Shown: positions 12,601 through 24,239 of the stretch, one piece after another | How positions within the stretch are numbered: position 1 is the stretch's first letter | Layout of the letters: each line of letters begins with the position of its first letter | From: Macrostomum hystrix | Taxonomy: Eukaryota > Animalia > Platyhelminthes | NCBI GenBank assembly: GCA_950097015.1 | Contig: CATNEN010000002.1 | Span: 1,860,001 to 1,924,000 of the forward strand | DNA length: 64,000 bases | Direction of reading: 5' to 3' | Notes under the pieces: generated by a model | The model's database searches: none | The model's input: only the letters and a program-made list of their open reading frames with translations | What the model was told of the DNA's origin: nothing | Translations under genes and position numbers: made by a program

Positions 12601-15600
12601 CCCTGAATAGTCCAGTCTCCTACCCCCTGAATAGTCCAGTCTCCTACCCCTGAATAGTCCAGTCTCCTACCCCTGAATAGTCCAGTCTCCTACCCCTGAA
12701 TAGTTTAGTCTCCTACCCCTGAATAGTTTAGTCTCCTACGCCTGAATAGTTTAGTCTCCTACCCCTGAATAGTCCAGTCTCCTACCCCCTGAATAGTCCA
12801 GTCTCCTACCCCTGAATAGTCCAGTCTCCTACCCTCTGAATAGTCCAGTCTCCTACCCCTGAATAGTCCAGTCTCCTACCCCTGAATAGTCCAGTCTCCT
12901 ACCCCTGAATAGTCCAGTCTCCTACCCCTGAATAGTCCAGTCTCCTACCCCCTGAATAGTTCAGTCTCCTACCCCCTGAATAGTCCAGTCTCCTACTCCT
13001 GAATAGTCCAGTCTCCTACCCCTGAATAGTCCAGTCTCCTACCCTCTGAATAGTCCAGTCTCCTACCCTCTGAATATTCCAGTCTCCTACCCCTGAATAG
13101 TCCAGTCTCCTACCCCTGAATAGTCCAGTCTCCTACCCCTGAATAGTCCAGTCTCCTACCCCCTGAATAGTCCAGTCTCCTACCCCTGAATAGTCCAGTC
13201 TCCTACCCCTGAATAGTCCAGTCTCCTACCCCCTGAATAGTCCAGTCTCCTACCCTCTGAATAGTCCAGTCTCCTACCCTCTGAATAGTCCAGTCTCCTA
13301 CCCCTGAATAGTCCAGTCTCCTACCCCCTGAATAGTCCAGTCTCCTACCCCTGAATAGTCCAGTCTCCTACCCCCTGAATAGTTCAGTCTCCTACCCCCT
13401 GAATTGTCTAGTCTATTACCCTGAATAATTTAGTCTAGTCCACGCAACAGGTCCAGATTTCTTTTTGCTCCTTAAATCAGTTACCAAACTGCTATGCTTT
13501 CCTAGTAACAAAATTATCCCCATCTCGCTAAACTCAAGGTGTGCTTCTCCTGCCTGGAGAATGAGGAATACCGCTTGGCCCAGATCTGCGGCCTAAACAT
13601 CATCATCCACGCTGATGAACTAGACGAGCTGATCAACTTCTACCAGACCAGGGGCCTATTCAATGAGCTCATCTCGCTGTTCGAGGCCGGCCTAGGCTTA
13701 GACAGAGCTCACATGGGCCTATTCACTGAGCTGGCGATTCTCTACAGCAAATACCGAACCGCTAAGCTGAAGGAGCATCTGGAACTGTTCTGGTCTCGCA
13801 TCAACATACCCAAGGTGCTCCGCGCAGCCGAGCATGCTCACCTGTGGGCTGAGTTGGTCTTCCTCTATGACAAATATGAGGAGTTTGATAATGCCATTCT
13901 CACCATGATGAAGCATCCGACTGAGGCTTGGCGTGAGTCCTTCTTCAAGGAGATGATCTCCAAGTGCGCCAATATTGAGATCTACTACAAGGCTATTAAA
14001 TTCTACCTGGATTATAAGCCTCTGCTGCTTAACGACCTGCTGCAGGTAAGTTTAATTCCTCATTTTCGGGATTTCGGATTCGGATTTGACGTCATTGCGA
14101 TTTCCTTTATATAGACCTTTTAGGTGTTTAATCGAGTACTTAAAATTTCTGATTATCTATCTAATACCCTGAATAAACGAATGGATTATCTATCTAATAC
14201 CCTGAATAAACGAATGGATTATCTATCTAATACCCTGAATAAACGAATGGATTATCTAAATAATTCCCTGAATAAACGAATGGATTATCTATATAATACC
14301 CTGAATAAACGAATGGATTATCTATTGAATCACCTGAATAAACTAATCTATTATCTGTTTAACCCCTAGTTAAACTATTGGATTATCTGTTTAGCTCCTA
14401 TTTTAGCTATTGGATTATCAGTTTAATATCCTAGTTAAACTATTGGATTATCTGTTTAACCCCTAGTTAAACTATTGGATTATCAGTTTAATATCCTATT
14501 TAAACTATTGGATTATCTGTTTAACCCCTAGTTAAACTATTGGATTATCAGTTTAATATCCTAGTTAAACTATTGGATTATCTGTTTAGCTCCTAGTTTA
14601 GCTATTGGATTATCAGTTTAATATCCTAGTTAAACTATTGGATTATCTGTTTAACCCATAGTTAAACTATTGGATTATCAGTTTAATATCCTAGTTAAAC
14701 TATTGGATTATCTGTTTAGCTCCTAGTTTAACTATTGGATTATCTGTTAAATCTCGAAATAAACTATTTTATTATCTATCAAATCCATTCCACTATTAGA
14801 CTTATTATCTACCCTGTAATTCAAGTGTTAGATTATCAGCTGTTCAATCCTCCCAAATCACGCGCACCAATCAACAGGTGCTAATCCCTCGCCTTGATCA
14901 CACTCGCACTGTGAGCTTCTTCGCCAAGGAGGGCAAAGTGGCCATGGTCAAGCCGTACCTCAAGGCTGTGCAGCAGAATAACAACAAGCACATCAACGAG
15001 TCACTCAACGGCCTCTACATCGACGAGGAAGACTACCAGAGTCTGCGCGCCAGCATCGAGGCGTTCAACAACTTTGACAACATCGGCCTAGCCCAGCGCT
15101 GCGAGAAGCACGAACTGCTTGAATTCCGTCGCATCGCCGCCTTCCTGTACAAGGGCAACAACCGGTTCAGCCAGAGCATCGAGCTGTGCAAACGGGACCG
15201 CCTGTACAGGGACGCCATGCAGTTCGCTGCTGACTCGCGCGACTCCGAGCTGGCCGCCACCTTGTTGCAGTGGTTCCTAGACGAGCGCCTGACCGAGTGC
15301 TTCTGCGCCTGCCTCTACCAGTGCTACGACCTGCTCAAACCAGACCGGGTCATGGAGCTGGCCTGGCGCTACAATCTCATGGATTACACCATGCCCTACC
15401 TGGTACAGGTGATGGCCGAGTACCAGGCCAGGCTGGAGAGGCTTGAGCACGCAGAGTCTGTCCGAGCCGAGCACGATGATAAAGCTGACAGCGGCTCAAA
15501 TCCGATTGTCATGCATTGTGAGTCTTTGGTGTAAGGAATAGTAGCAGATTTAGGTATAAATACTGCCAGATATTCATAGTTAGGGATAACTGACTGTGCT

Positions 15601-16321
15601 TTTGGCATTTCTGATAGGGAATTTGGGATATCTGATAGGGAATTAGGGATATCTGATAGGGAATTTGGGATATCTGATAGGGAATTTGGGATATCTGATA
15701 GGGAATTTGGGATATCTGATAGGGAATTTGGGATATCTGATAGGGAATTTGGGATATCTGATAGGGAATTTGGGATATCTGATAGGGAATTTGGGATATC
15801 TGATAGGGAATTTGGGATATCTGATAGGGAATTTGGGATATCTGATAGGGAATTTGGGATATCTGATAGGGAATTTGGGATATCTGATAGGGAATTTGGG
15901 ATATCTGATAGGGAATTAGGGATATCTGATAGGGAATTAAGGATATCTGATAGGGAATTAGGGATATCTGATAGATAATTAGGGATATCTAATAGGTGTC
16001 GATAACTGATACACCAAGTGGGATAACTGATACATCCGTCAGGATAACTGATACACCAGTGGGGATAACTGATACATCCGTCAGGATAACTGATACACCA
16101 GTGGGGATAACTGATACATCCGTCAGGATAACTGATACACCAGTGGGGATAACTGATACAACACAGTGAAAACTGGTTAACTACTGACACTTAAAAATGG
16201 TCCCGCAGCCAATCCCATGCTGATGCTGACTGGAGTTCCTCATCACTCAATGATGGCGCCGCCGCCGCCGCCGCCTCCAGGTCCATTCTACGGAGCCGGC
16301 ATGCCGCCCCATCAGTTTTGA
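3654..16321 (+). CDS. CLTC: Clathrin heavy chain (5'-partial, first ~14 codons not found in window)
   Basis: Exons 3654-4042, 4678-4918, 5476-5809, 6456-6970, 7881-8399, 8522-8899, 9468-9968, 11023-11352, 11977-12492, 13539-14045, 14878-15517, 16209-16321. All introns GT-AG and phase-consistent; total 4983 nt = 1660 aa + stop. Hallmark sequences: [90 protein letters not shown]-terminal MLMLT. Confidence 0.98.
4971..5295 (+). mobile_element. tRNA-derived SINE in clathrin intron
   Basis: A-box-like TAGCCTAGTGG, B-box GGTTCGATTCC, non-tRNA body (CCTTTAGCAAGACACTTAAC...CACCCAGCTGTTAAATGGGTACC) and an (ATT)n tail; no complete tRNA cloverleaf. Confidence 0.75.
5890..6245. repeat. Intronic minisatellite, 25-bp unit (GTTAGGAAGGCCTGAAGGGAGGTGA)
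   Basis: Tandem units inside clathrin intron 5810-6455. Confidence 0.95.
7480..7745. repeat. Degenerate intronic minisatellite, ~19-20-bp unit (AGAAAGAGTCGAAGGGGGT)
   Basis: Imperfect purine-rich tandem units in clathrin intron 6971-7880. Confidence 0.75.
8920..9430. repeat. Intronic minisatellite, 22-bp unit (TCCTTGTCACTCTAGCTCTTGA)
   Basis: Tandem units fill most of clathrin intron 8900-9467. Confidence 0.95.
10050..10800. repeat. Intronic minisatellite, 28-bp unit (GATTTTGAGAACAGCTGAGTAGGGGTTA)
   Basis: Tandem units inside clathrin intron 9969-11022. Confidence 0.95.
11451..11775 (-). mobile_element. tRNA-derived SINE, antisense in clathrin intron
   Basis: Minus strand: A-box GTGGCAGAGCGG, B-box GAGTTCGATTCC, unique body, (TTA)n tail at 11451-11475. 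Confidence 0.7.
12525..13430. repeat. Intronic minisatellite, 23-24-bp unit (CCTGAATAGTCCAGTCTCCTACC)
   Basis: Tandem units fill most of clathrin intron 12493-13538. Confidence 0.95.
14150..14770. repeat. Intronic minisatellite, ~32-33-bp unit (TGGATTATCTATCTAATACCCTGAATAAACGAA grading to TGGATTATCTGTTTAACCCCTAGTTAAACTAT)
   Basis: Tandem units inside clathrin intron 14046-14877; two sub-types share TGGATTATC. Confidence 0.9.
15605..16160. repeat. Intronic minisatellite, 21-bp unit (GGGAATTTGGGATATCTGATA grading to GGATAACTGATACACCAGTGG)
   Basis: Tandem units inside the last clathrin intron 15518-16208. Confidence 0.95.
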
Positions 16322-17154
16322 GTAGCTGCGGCTGACTCTCTCAGCAACTGATTTTGACTAGTAAAAATATGCAAACAGCAAAACATTAACCACCTGTCTG
16401 TGATGACTGTCTGTCTACTTGTTACTCTTAGGTTAATAGTAATTCTGTCTAAGCAAGACCAAACTCTATTATTGGGTCCATTTGTGTCTTTTCCACGTAC
16501 CATACTTCAAATACTACCTTTTATAAATCATTTTTTTACTTTTCTGTCTAAAATATCACTTTGCCAGACCTACTAAAAGTAGGTAGTTGGGAATCTTTAT
16601 TTGTCGTTTTTCTGCCTCAAAATAATAAACAGCTACTTATAATTCTCATAAACTTTGTGATGCAGTGCCTACTTTATCCCAAATCCCATTTAAGTTCAAT
16701 GATCACCTAGCAAGACATGGTTGTCATTCTGTTTTTCTCTAATTCCAATCTCTATTCAGTGTTGTATATCCACTTTCTATGCAATTAGCTTTACTAGATC
16801 TTGTTTTGCATGCCTTCTTTGCTTTATAATAAGTGTGGCTAATTCACGAACAATTCATGCAGTCCTTGTCTTTTTTATTCGGTGTTTAATGCAGCCGTTT
16901 ATTTATATGATTTATCGGATGAAAAATGTCTTAACCATGTAGTCTTTGTTTCAGTTTGTTTTAATCTTTATACTTAGCGTACATTGTTTGATTGTACGAG
17001 TGTGATCTGAATTGAATTAATGCTACACACTTTTTGTTCGTTATACGTGTGTGAACAAGTTAGGAACCAAACTTACAATAATTGCTGTAGTTTTTTTTTC
17101 TTTTCGATTTTGCTAATTTAGTTTCAGTTCTTCTGGGGTATTAACTATTCTAGA

Positions 17155-17845
17155 CTATGTACATTCTCCCCCTCCAACCTCTACACCTCCAGAGAATGTT
17201 CATTCTCTCCACCTCCAACCTCTACCCCTCCAGAGAATGTAGATTCTCTCCCCCTCCAACCTCTACACCTCCAGAGAATGTTCATTCTCTCCCCCTCCAA
17301 CCTCTACCCCTCCAGAGAATGTTCATTCTCTCCCCCTCCAACCTCTACACCTCCAGAGAATGTTCATTCTCTCCCCCTCCAACCTCTACCCCTCCAGAGA
17401 ATGTAGATTCTCTCCCCCTCCAACCTCTACACCTCCAGAGAATGTTCATTCTCTCCCACTCCAACCTCTACCCCTCCAGAGAATGTACATTCTCTCCCCC
17501 TCCAACCTCTACACCTCCAGAGAATGTAGATTCTCTCCCCCTCCAACCTCTACACCTCCAGAGAATGTTCATTCTCTCCCACTCCAACCTCTACCCCTCC
17601 AGAGAATGTACATTCTCTCCCGGCTGAACCTCTACCCCTCTAGAGAATGTACATTCTCTCCCACTCCAACCTCTACCCCTCTAGAGAATGTACATTCTCT
17701 CCCCCTCCAACCTCTACCTCTCCAGAGAATGTACATTCTCTCCCGGCTGAACCTCTACCCCTCTAGAGAATGTACATTCTCTCCCACTCCAACCTCTACC
17801 CCTCTAGAGAATGTACATTCTCTCCCGGCTGAACCTCTACCCCAT
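17155..17845. repeat. Minisatellite, 41-bp unit (CCTCCAACCTCTACACCTCCAGAGAATGTTCATTCTCTCCC)
   Basis: Tandem units between the convergent clathrin and coiled-coil genes. Confidence 0.95.
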
Positions 17846-18309
17846 CAGTGAATGTACATTAACTTTCACCTTAATAATTGCCCCAAATTTTCAAGCACTT
17901 AGTTTTAAGCATCGCACTATGTTTAACAAGGTGACCAATAAAACTATTTTTATTCTGGCTGCTAAATTAATAAATAGCTTTCTCAATGCTAGTGCACGAT
18001 TTCGCACGAACCACAATGACAGCTTATTCCTGCTATTACACCTGCATATTATATTCGTACGAGTATTTATCTATGCTTTATCTATGCTTTGTCTTTTTTT
18101 AAAGCGCGATTCCTCTTTTAGTTTGTTGCGCCTGAATTTTTCTGTTTTTTTGCAGTAGAATGAGCTGCAAACGATTGATTGAATTCTTAATTAAAATTTA
18201 GTCGTTGATTTGTTTCTTGCTTGTTTCGAAAGAAAATACAGGCAAAAATTAACCAAAAGCCATACAATGCTTCTGTTTCTCATTGGATTATTCAGTTTTG
18301 ATAAATCAA

Positions 18310-19225
18310 TTCAATATGTTCATAAGCTACTGTCTAACAGGTTGATAAATCATTGGAACATGTTCATGTGCTACTGTCTAACAGGTTGATAAATCATTCG
18401 ATCATGTTTATAAGCTGCTGTCTAACAGGTTGATAAATCATTGGAACATGTTCATGTGCTACTGTCTAACAGGTTGATAAATCATTGGAACATGTTCATA
18501 AGCTACTGTCTAACAGGTTGATAAATCATTGGAACATGTTCATGTGCTACTGTCTAACAGGTTGATAAATCATTCGATCATGTTTATAAGCTGCTGTCTA
18601 ACAGGTTGATAAATCATTGGAACATGTTCATGTGCTACTGTCTAACAGGTTTTCCAAATCATTGGAACATGTTCATAAGCTACTGTCTAACAGGTTGATA
18701 AATTATTGGAACATGTTCATGTGCTACTGTCTAACAGGTTGACAAATCATTGGAACATGTTCATGTGCTACTGTCTAACAGGTTGACAAATCATTGGAAC
18801 ATGTTCATAAGCTACTGTCTAACAGGTTGATAAATCATTGGAACATGTTCATAAGCTACTGTCTAACAGGTTGATAAATCATTGGAACATTTTCATACGC
18901 TACTGTCTAACAGGTTGATAAATCATTGGAACATGTTCATAAGCTACTGTCTAACAGGTTGATAAATCATTGGAACATGTTCATAAGCTACTGTCTAACA
19001 GGTTGATAAATCATTGGAACATGTTCATAAGCTACTGTCTAACAGGTTGATAAATCATTGGAACATGTTCATAAGCTACTGTCTAACAGGTTGATAAATC
19101 ATTGGAACATGTTCATAAGCTACTGTCTAACAGGTTGACAAATCATTGGATCATGTTCATGTGCTACTGTCTAACAGGTTGATAAATCATTGGAACATGT
19201 TCATAAGCTACTGTCTAACAGGTTC
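18310..19225. repeat. Minisatellite, 44-bp unit (TGTCTAACAGGTTGATAAATCATTGGAACATGTTCATAAGCTAC)
   Basis: About 21 tandem units; most contain the palindrome GAACATGTTC. Confidence 0.95.
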
Positions 19226-19292
19226 ATAGATGAAGGATAAAATAAATTAAAATCAGAAGACTAGTCGCAGTGTTCTGATCGCGCATGCAGCA

Positions 19293-19512
19293 TCAGATGT
19301 GCTCGCTGTAACAGCAGCCCTCAGCGTTGGCCAGCTTGCCGCAGCAGTCCCACACAAAAAGTACATCCGCCAGGCGGCCCTGACTGCTGTGCTGCTCAAG
19401 GCGTTGTTTGCCTTTGGCGTGGAACTTGCAGGCGAATTTGTTGTTGTCAACCAGACGGTAGAGCTTCTGACAGCGCAGACAGCGGGTGACGGAGGTCTTG
19501 GCTGGCATCACT

Positions 19513-19545
<33 letters not shown>

Positions 19546-22500
19546 ATTGATCTCTTCTGTGAGTTCTTTGCCAGGTTCAGAACTGGCAAGCTGCTGTTTG
19601 CTGGGGTCGCAGCAGGCTGAGTGACCTGCTGCGATTCCGAGCTAGATTTTATCGGGTTAGCGGAGACGTCTGCGGCGAAGGTCGCCAGCGGCTGCCGGTA
19701 CGTGAAGGCGTGCTTCATTGAAGCCACCTGCAAACCAGAAGTTGGCCAAACTTCAGTGACTCGTGCGGATGAGAGCCAAGATGAAGACGAAAATTGAGAA
19801 ATTACGGACGAGAGGACAAGAAGAATCTGTGGGGCGTAATGGAGGAATCTGTGGGGCGTCAGGGATGAAGCTGCTGCCGCGGTTTCAGAGTGGGGGCAGA
19901 AGGGGAGGAATCTGTTGGGGCTGAAGGGAGGAATCTGTGGGGGCGGAAGGGAGGTAATATGTGGGGACGGAAGGGGAGTAATATGTGGGGGCGAAAGGGG
20001 AGTAATATGTGGGGGCGGAAGGGGATTAATATGTGGGGGCGGAAGGGAGGAATCTGTGGGGGCGGAAGGGATGAATCTGTGGGGCGGAAGGGAGGAATCT
20101 GATGGGGCTGAAGGGATGAATCTGTGGGGCGGAAGGGAGGAATCTGTGGGGCGGAATCGAGGAATCTGTGGGGCGGAATCGAGGAATCTGTGGGGCGGAA
20201 TCGAGGAATCTGTGGGGCGTCAGAGATGAAGCTGCTGCCGCGGTTTCAGAGTGGGGCAGAAGGGGAGGAATCTGTTGGGGCTGAAGGGAGGAATCTGTTG
20301 GGGCTGAAGGGAGGAATCTGAGGGGGCGGAAGGGGAGTAATATGTGGGGGCGGAAGGGAGGAATCTGTGGGGGCGGAAGGGGAGTAATATGTGGGGGCGG
20401 GAGGGAGGAATCTGTGGGGGCGGAAGGGAGGAATATGTGGGGCGGAAGGGAGGAATCTGTGGGGGTGGAAGGGGAATAATATGTGGGGGCTGGAGGGAGG
20501 AATCTGTGGGGGCGGAAGGGAGGAATCTGTGGGGGCGGAAGGGAGGAATATGTGGGGCGGAAGGGAGGAATCTGTGGGGGCGGAACGGGAGGAATCTTTG
20601 GAGGCGGAAGAGAGGAGAGGAAGACATGGCAGAGCTGAATGTTCAACCTGTTTTTCGTAGGCAGCCAGGCGGTTTGTTTTTTCTTTGGCGTCGTCCTCAG
20701 CAGTTCGCAGGGCTTTGGCCAACGCTTGAACATCTCGACGCAGTCGTGCGTTCTCCAGCTGAATCTCGGCTAGAGGTTCGGCCTCGGGCGGGTCTGTCTG
20801 GGTGGATTCTTCAGCTGGCTGCTGCTGCTGCTGCTGCTGCTGTTTCTGCACCTGAAGCTGCTGCCGCGGTCTCAGAGGCACAATGGCAATGTCACTTGGC
20901 TTCGAAGCTGCAAGCATTCTGCGACTTTTCTTCCAGCCTAGAACGGCTCCGGTCACAATTTGATCCCTGTAATTCGGCTGCTGCTGCTGCTGCTGCAAGT
21001 CGCCGGGCGCGGCTGTGTCTCCATCGGACATTGGACTTGAGCTGCTCATAGCTGAGCCGCACGCTGAGCAGTAGACTGGGGCTCGACTTGCAGCAGCTGG
21101 ATTTTGCTGCTGCTGCTGCTGCTGCTGCTCCCGACTGTGCTGCTCGCAGCGGTTTTGAAGTTCTCGAATTGCCTGGCAAAGGAAGAAGATACGGTTTGAA
21201 AAACAGCTGCGCAAAATCCACCCCAGTTACCAAATCCGCCCCCCCAAGTTACCGAATCCATTCCCCAGTTACCTAAACGCCCACCCGCTACTAATACGCC
21301 CCCAGTCACCAAATCCGCCCCCAGTCACCAAATCCGTCCCCAGTTACCAAATCCGTCCCCAGTCACCAAATCCGCCCCCAGTCACCAAATCCGTCCCCAG
21401 TTACCAAATCCGTCCCCAGTCACCAAATCCGCCCCAGCTACCAAATCCTCCCAAGCTACCAAATTCGCCCCAGCTACCAAATCCGCCCCAGCTACCAAAT
21501 CCTCCCAAGCTACCAAATTCGCCCCAGCTACCAAATCCGCCCCAGCTACCGAATCCGCCCCAGCTACCAAATCCGCCCCAGCTACCAAATCCGCCCCAGC
21601 TACCGAATCCGCCCCAGCTACCAAATCCGCCCCAGCTACGAAATCCGCCCCAGCTACCAAATCCGTCCCCAGTCACCAAATCCGCCCCAGCTACCAAATC
21701 CGCCCCAGCTACCAAATTCGCCCCAGCTACCAAAACCCCCCCAGCTACCAAATTCGCCCCAGCTACCAAATCCGCCCCAGCTACCAAATCCGCCCCAGCT
21801 ACCAAATCCTCCCCAGCTACCAAATCCGCCCCCAGTCACCAAATCCGTCCCCAGTTACCAAATCCGTCCCCAGTCACCAAATCCGCCCCAGCTACTAAAT
21901 CCGCCCAAGCTACCAAATTCGCCCCAGCTACCAAATCCGCCCCAGCTACCAAATCCGTCCCCAGTCACCAAATCCGCCCCAGCTACCAAATCCGCCCCAG
22001 CTACCAAATCCTCCCCAGCTACCAAAACCCCCCCAGCTACCAAATTCGCCCCAGCTACCAAATCCGCCCCAGCTACCAAATCCGCCCCAGCTACCAAATC
22101 CTCCCCAGCTACCAAATCCGCCCCCAGTCACCAAATCCGTCCCCAGTTACCAAATCCGTCCCCAGTCACCAAATCCGCCCCAGCTACTAAATCCGCCCAA
22201 GCTACCAAATTCGCCCCAGCTACCAAATCCGCCCCAGCTACTATATCCGCCCCAGCTACCAAATCCGCCCCAGCTACTAAATCCGTCTCTCATGAGCCAA
22301 CTGAGCTACCAAAGCTGCCCCCCCCCAGTTACCAAATCCGCCCCCAGTTACCAAATCCGCCCCCAGTTACCAAATCCGCCCCCAGTTACCAAATCCGCCA
22401 AAAGTTACCGAATCCTCCCCCAGTTACCAAACCCGTCCCCCATTTGTTAAACCCAGACCCACCTTGTACAGATCAACTCCTCCACTGACGTCGCCGCTGG

Positions 22501-23543
22501 CAGCAGACGAGCCGTTCAGCAGGCGGGCGCAGCGCCGTCTTTCATGAGCCAACTGAGTCAGCCGGGCCTCCAGCTTGCCATTGATGGCCTTCAGCTCCCG
22601 AATGAAATTCTCGTAGTGCCCGGCCAGCTCACTGGCTGCTACGGCTCGCTCGTTGGCTTCAACCAACTGGTGGCGCAGAAAAGCAACGTCAGGAACATCC
22701 TCCGGCGCTTCCGGCTTGACTTCCGGTGGCACACCCAGTTCCAGTTCCGGCTCAGATTCTTCTTCGTCCATAAAGTCGGTGAATTGGCGCCGCAGTTTGT
22801 ATTGTTCTTGGACGTTGGCATCGACTGGGCCGGAGCCGTTCTCGGAGGATCTCTGCATGGACAGCTTCCTGTGCCTCTCCAGCTCCTCCATGGCTTTCGC
22901 CAGCGTGCTCTGTGGATCGGTGAGTAGGGATCAACATCGGTGAGTAGGGATCAACATCGGTGAGTAGGGATCAACATCGGTGAGTAGGGATCAACATCGG
23001 TGTGTAGGGATCAACATCGGTGAGTAGGGATCAACATCGTTGAGTAGGGATCAACATCGGTGAGTAGGGATCAACATCGGTGAGTAGGGATCAACATCGG
23101 TGAGTAGGGATCAACATCGGTGAGTAGGGATCAACATCGGTGAGTAGGGATCAAGATCGGTGAGTAGGAATCAACATCGGTGAGTAGGGATCAACATCGG
23201 TGAGTAGGGATCAACATCGGTGAATAGGGATCAACATCGGTGAGTAGGGATCTAGAGTCGGCGAGTAGGGATCTGGAACCGGTGAGTAGGGATCTGCAAT
23301 GGTTGATTAGGTGTCTGGAATCGGTGAGTAATGATCTGGAGTCGGTGAGTAGGGATCAGTGATTCTCACTCTCCAGCCGTTTCTCTCCTGCTGCAGTTGA
23401 GTTTGCAGATAATTTCCCAGAAGCAGTTTGTCAAGGTCGTCCAGTTTCCTAGAAAGCGAAGGATTTGTCGCTAAAAATTCGTCAGTTTTTCGTCGAAAAT
23501 CTGCGTCGATTTCATGTCGCGACGACGTCAGCTGCGCTGTCAT
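19293..23543 (-). CDS. Uncharacterised coiled-coil / poly-Q protein with C-terminal Cys/His zinc-binding cluster (5' end uncertain)
   Basis: Exons (minus) ~23543-23370, 22909-22463, 21172-20648, 19727-19293; all three introns GT-AG, phase 0, in frame (526 aa from candidate ATG 23543). Heptad segments (EANERAVAASELAGHYENFIRELKAINGKLEARL; LENARLRRDVQALAKALR). C-terminus C-x2-C-x12-C-x2-H...W-x-CC-x7-GCC-x3-H. Confidence 0.8.
19825..20600. repeat. Intronic G-rich minisatellite, ~22-24-bp unit (GGAGGAATCTGTGGGGCGGAAG)
   Basis: Tandem units inside intron 19728-20647; interrupted twice by an exon-derived snippet. Confidence 0.95.
21225..22420. repeat. Intronic C-rich minisatellite, 18-bp unit (ACCAAATCCGCCCCAGCT)
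   Basis: Tandem units fill intron 21173-22462; a ~290-bp block is duplicated internally. Confidence 0.95.
22920..23360. repeat. Intronic minisatellite, 20-bp unit (GGTGAGTAGGGATCAACATC)
   Basis: Occupies nearly all of intron 22910-23369. Confidence 0.95.
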
Positions 23544-24239
23544 GACTGTCGAATTGAGCTCAGTGAGAAAATGCAGTGAGAACAGCACAGCTTGTCTGCC
23601 AGATACAAATTTATATAATTTAATGGAGTGCTAAGAATTGCAGATAAAGAGAGGTACAAGTATTAAATAGAGAGCGGGGCAGACAGACTGGCCTGAGTTA
23701 TGAGCACTGCTCACCATTTGGTTAGGCCACCAAAATAGTGCGAATGGCAATAAATAGCATTTTTACCGAGAAGCCTAATAGCACGAAGAACATTGTATTT
23801 TTTAGTTTCAGCAAGTGCCTGCGCATTGGACATCCATAGGCAGGCTGCGGTTGACAACAAACCCACCACATTGTGTCAATATTATTTCTCTATCCAGATT
23901 TAAACACAGAGTAGGCAATTTTGAATTTATCTGGTCAATGAGTAGACGCTGGTTTTGGCTACACAATTCAAGTCTTTAGTCCGTTGCACAGCTGCAATTA
24001 TAACTGCTCAGATAGTTAATTTTGTAAAGGCGAAACAAAGGCCCACAATAACTCACAGCTGCACTCAAACTGCAGAACACTCTCTTTTGTCTCAAGTTTT
24101 TTAATTCGAAATAAATTGCTTTCCTCTGACATGAATAGCTTCTCTTAAACATCGGTTTTATCTTCTTTTCCTGAGAAGATGCATCTAAAATGAGAGTGCA
24201 GAATGTTTTTTTCAAGAGGGTATAATTAAATATTTGTTG

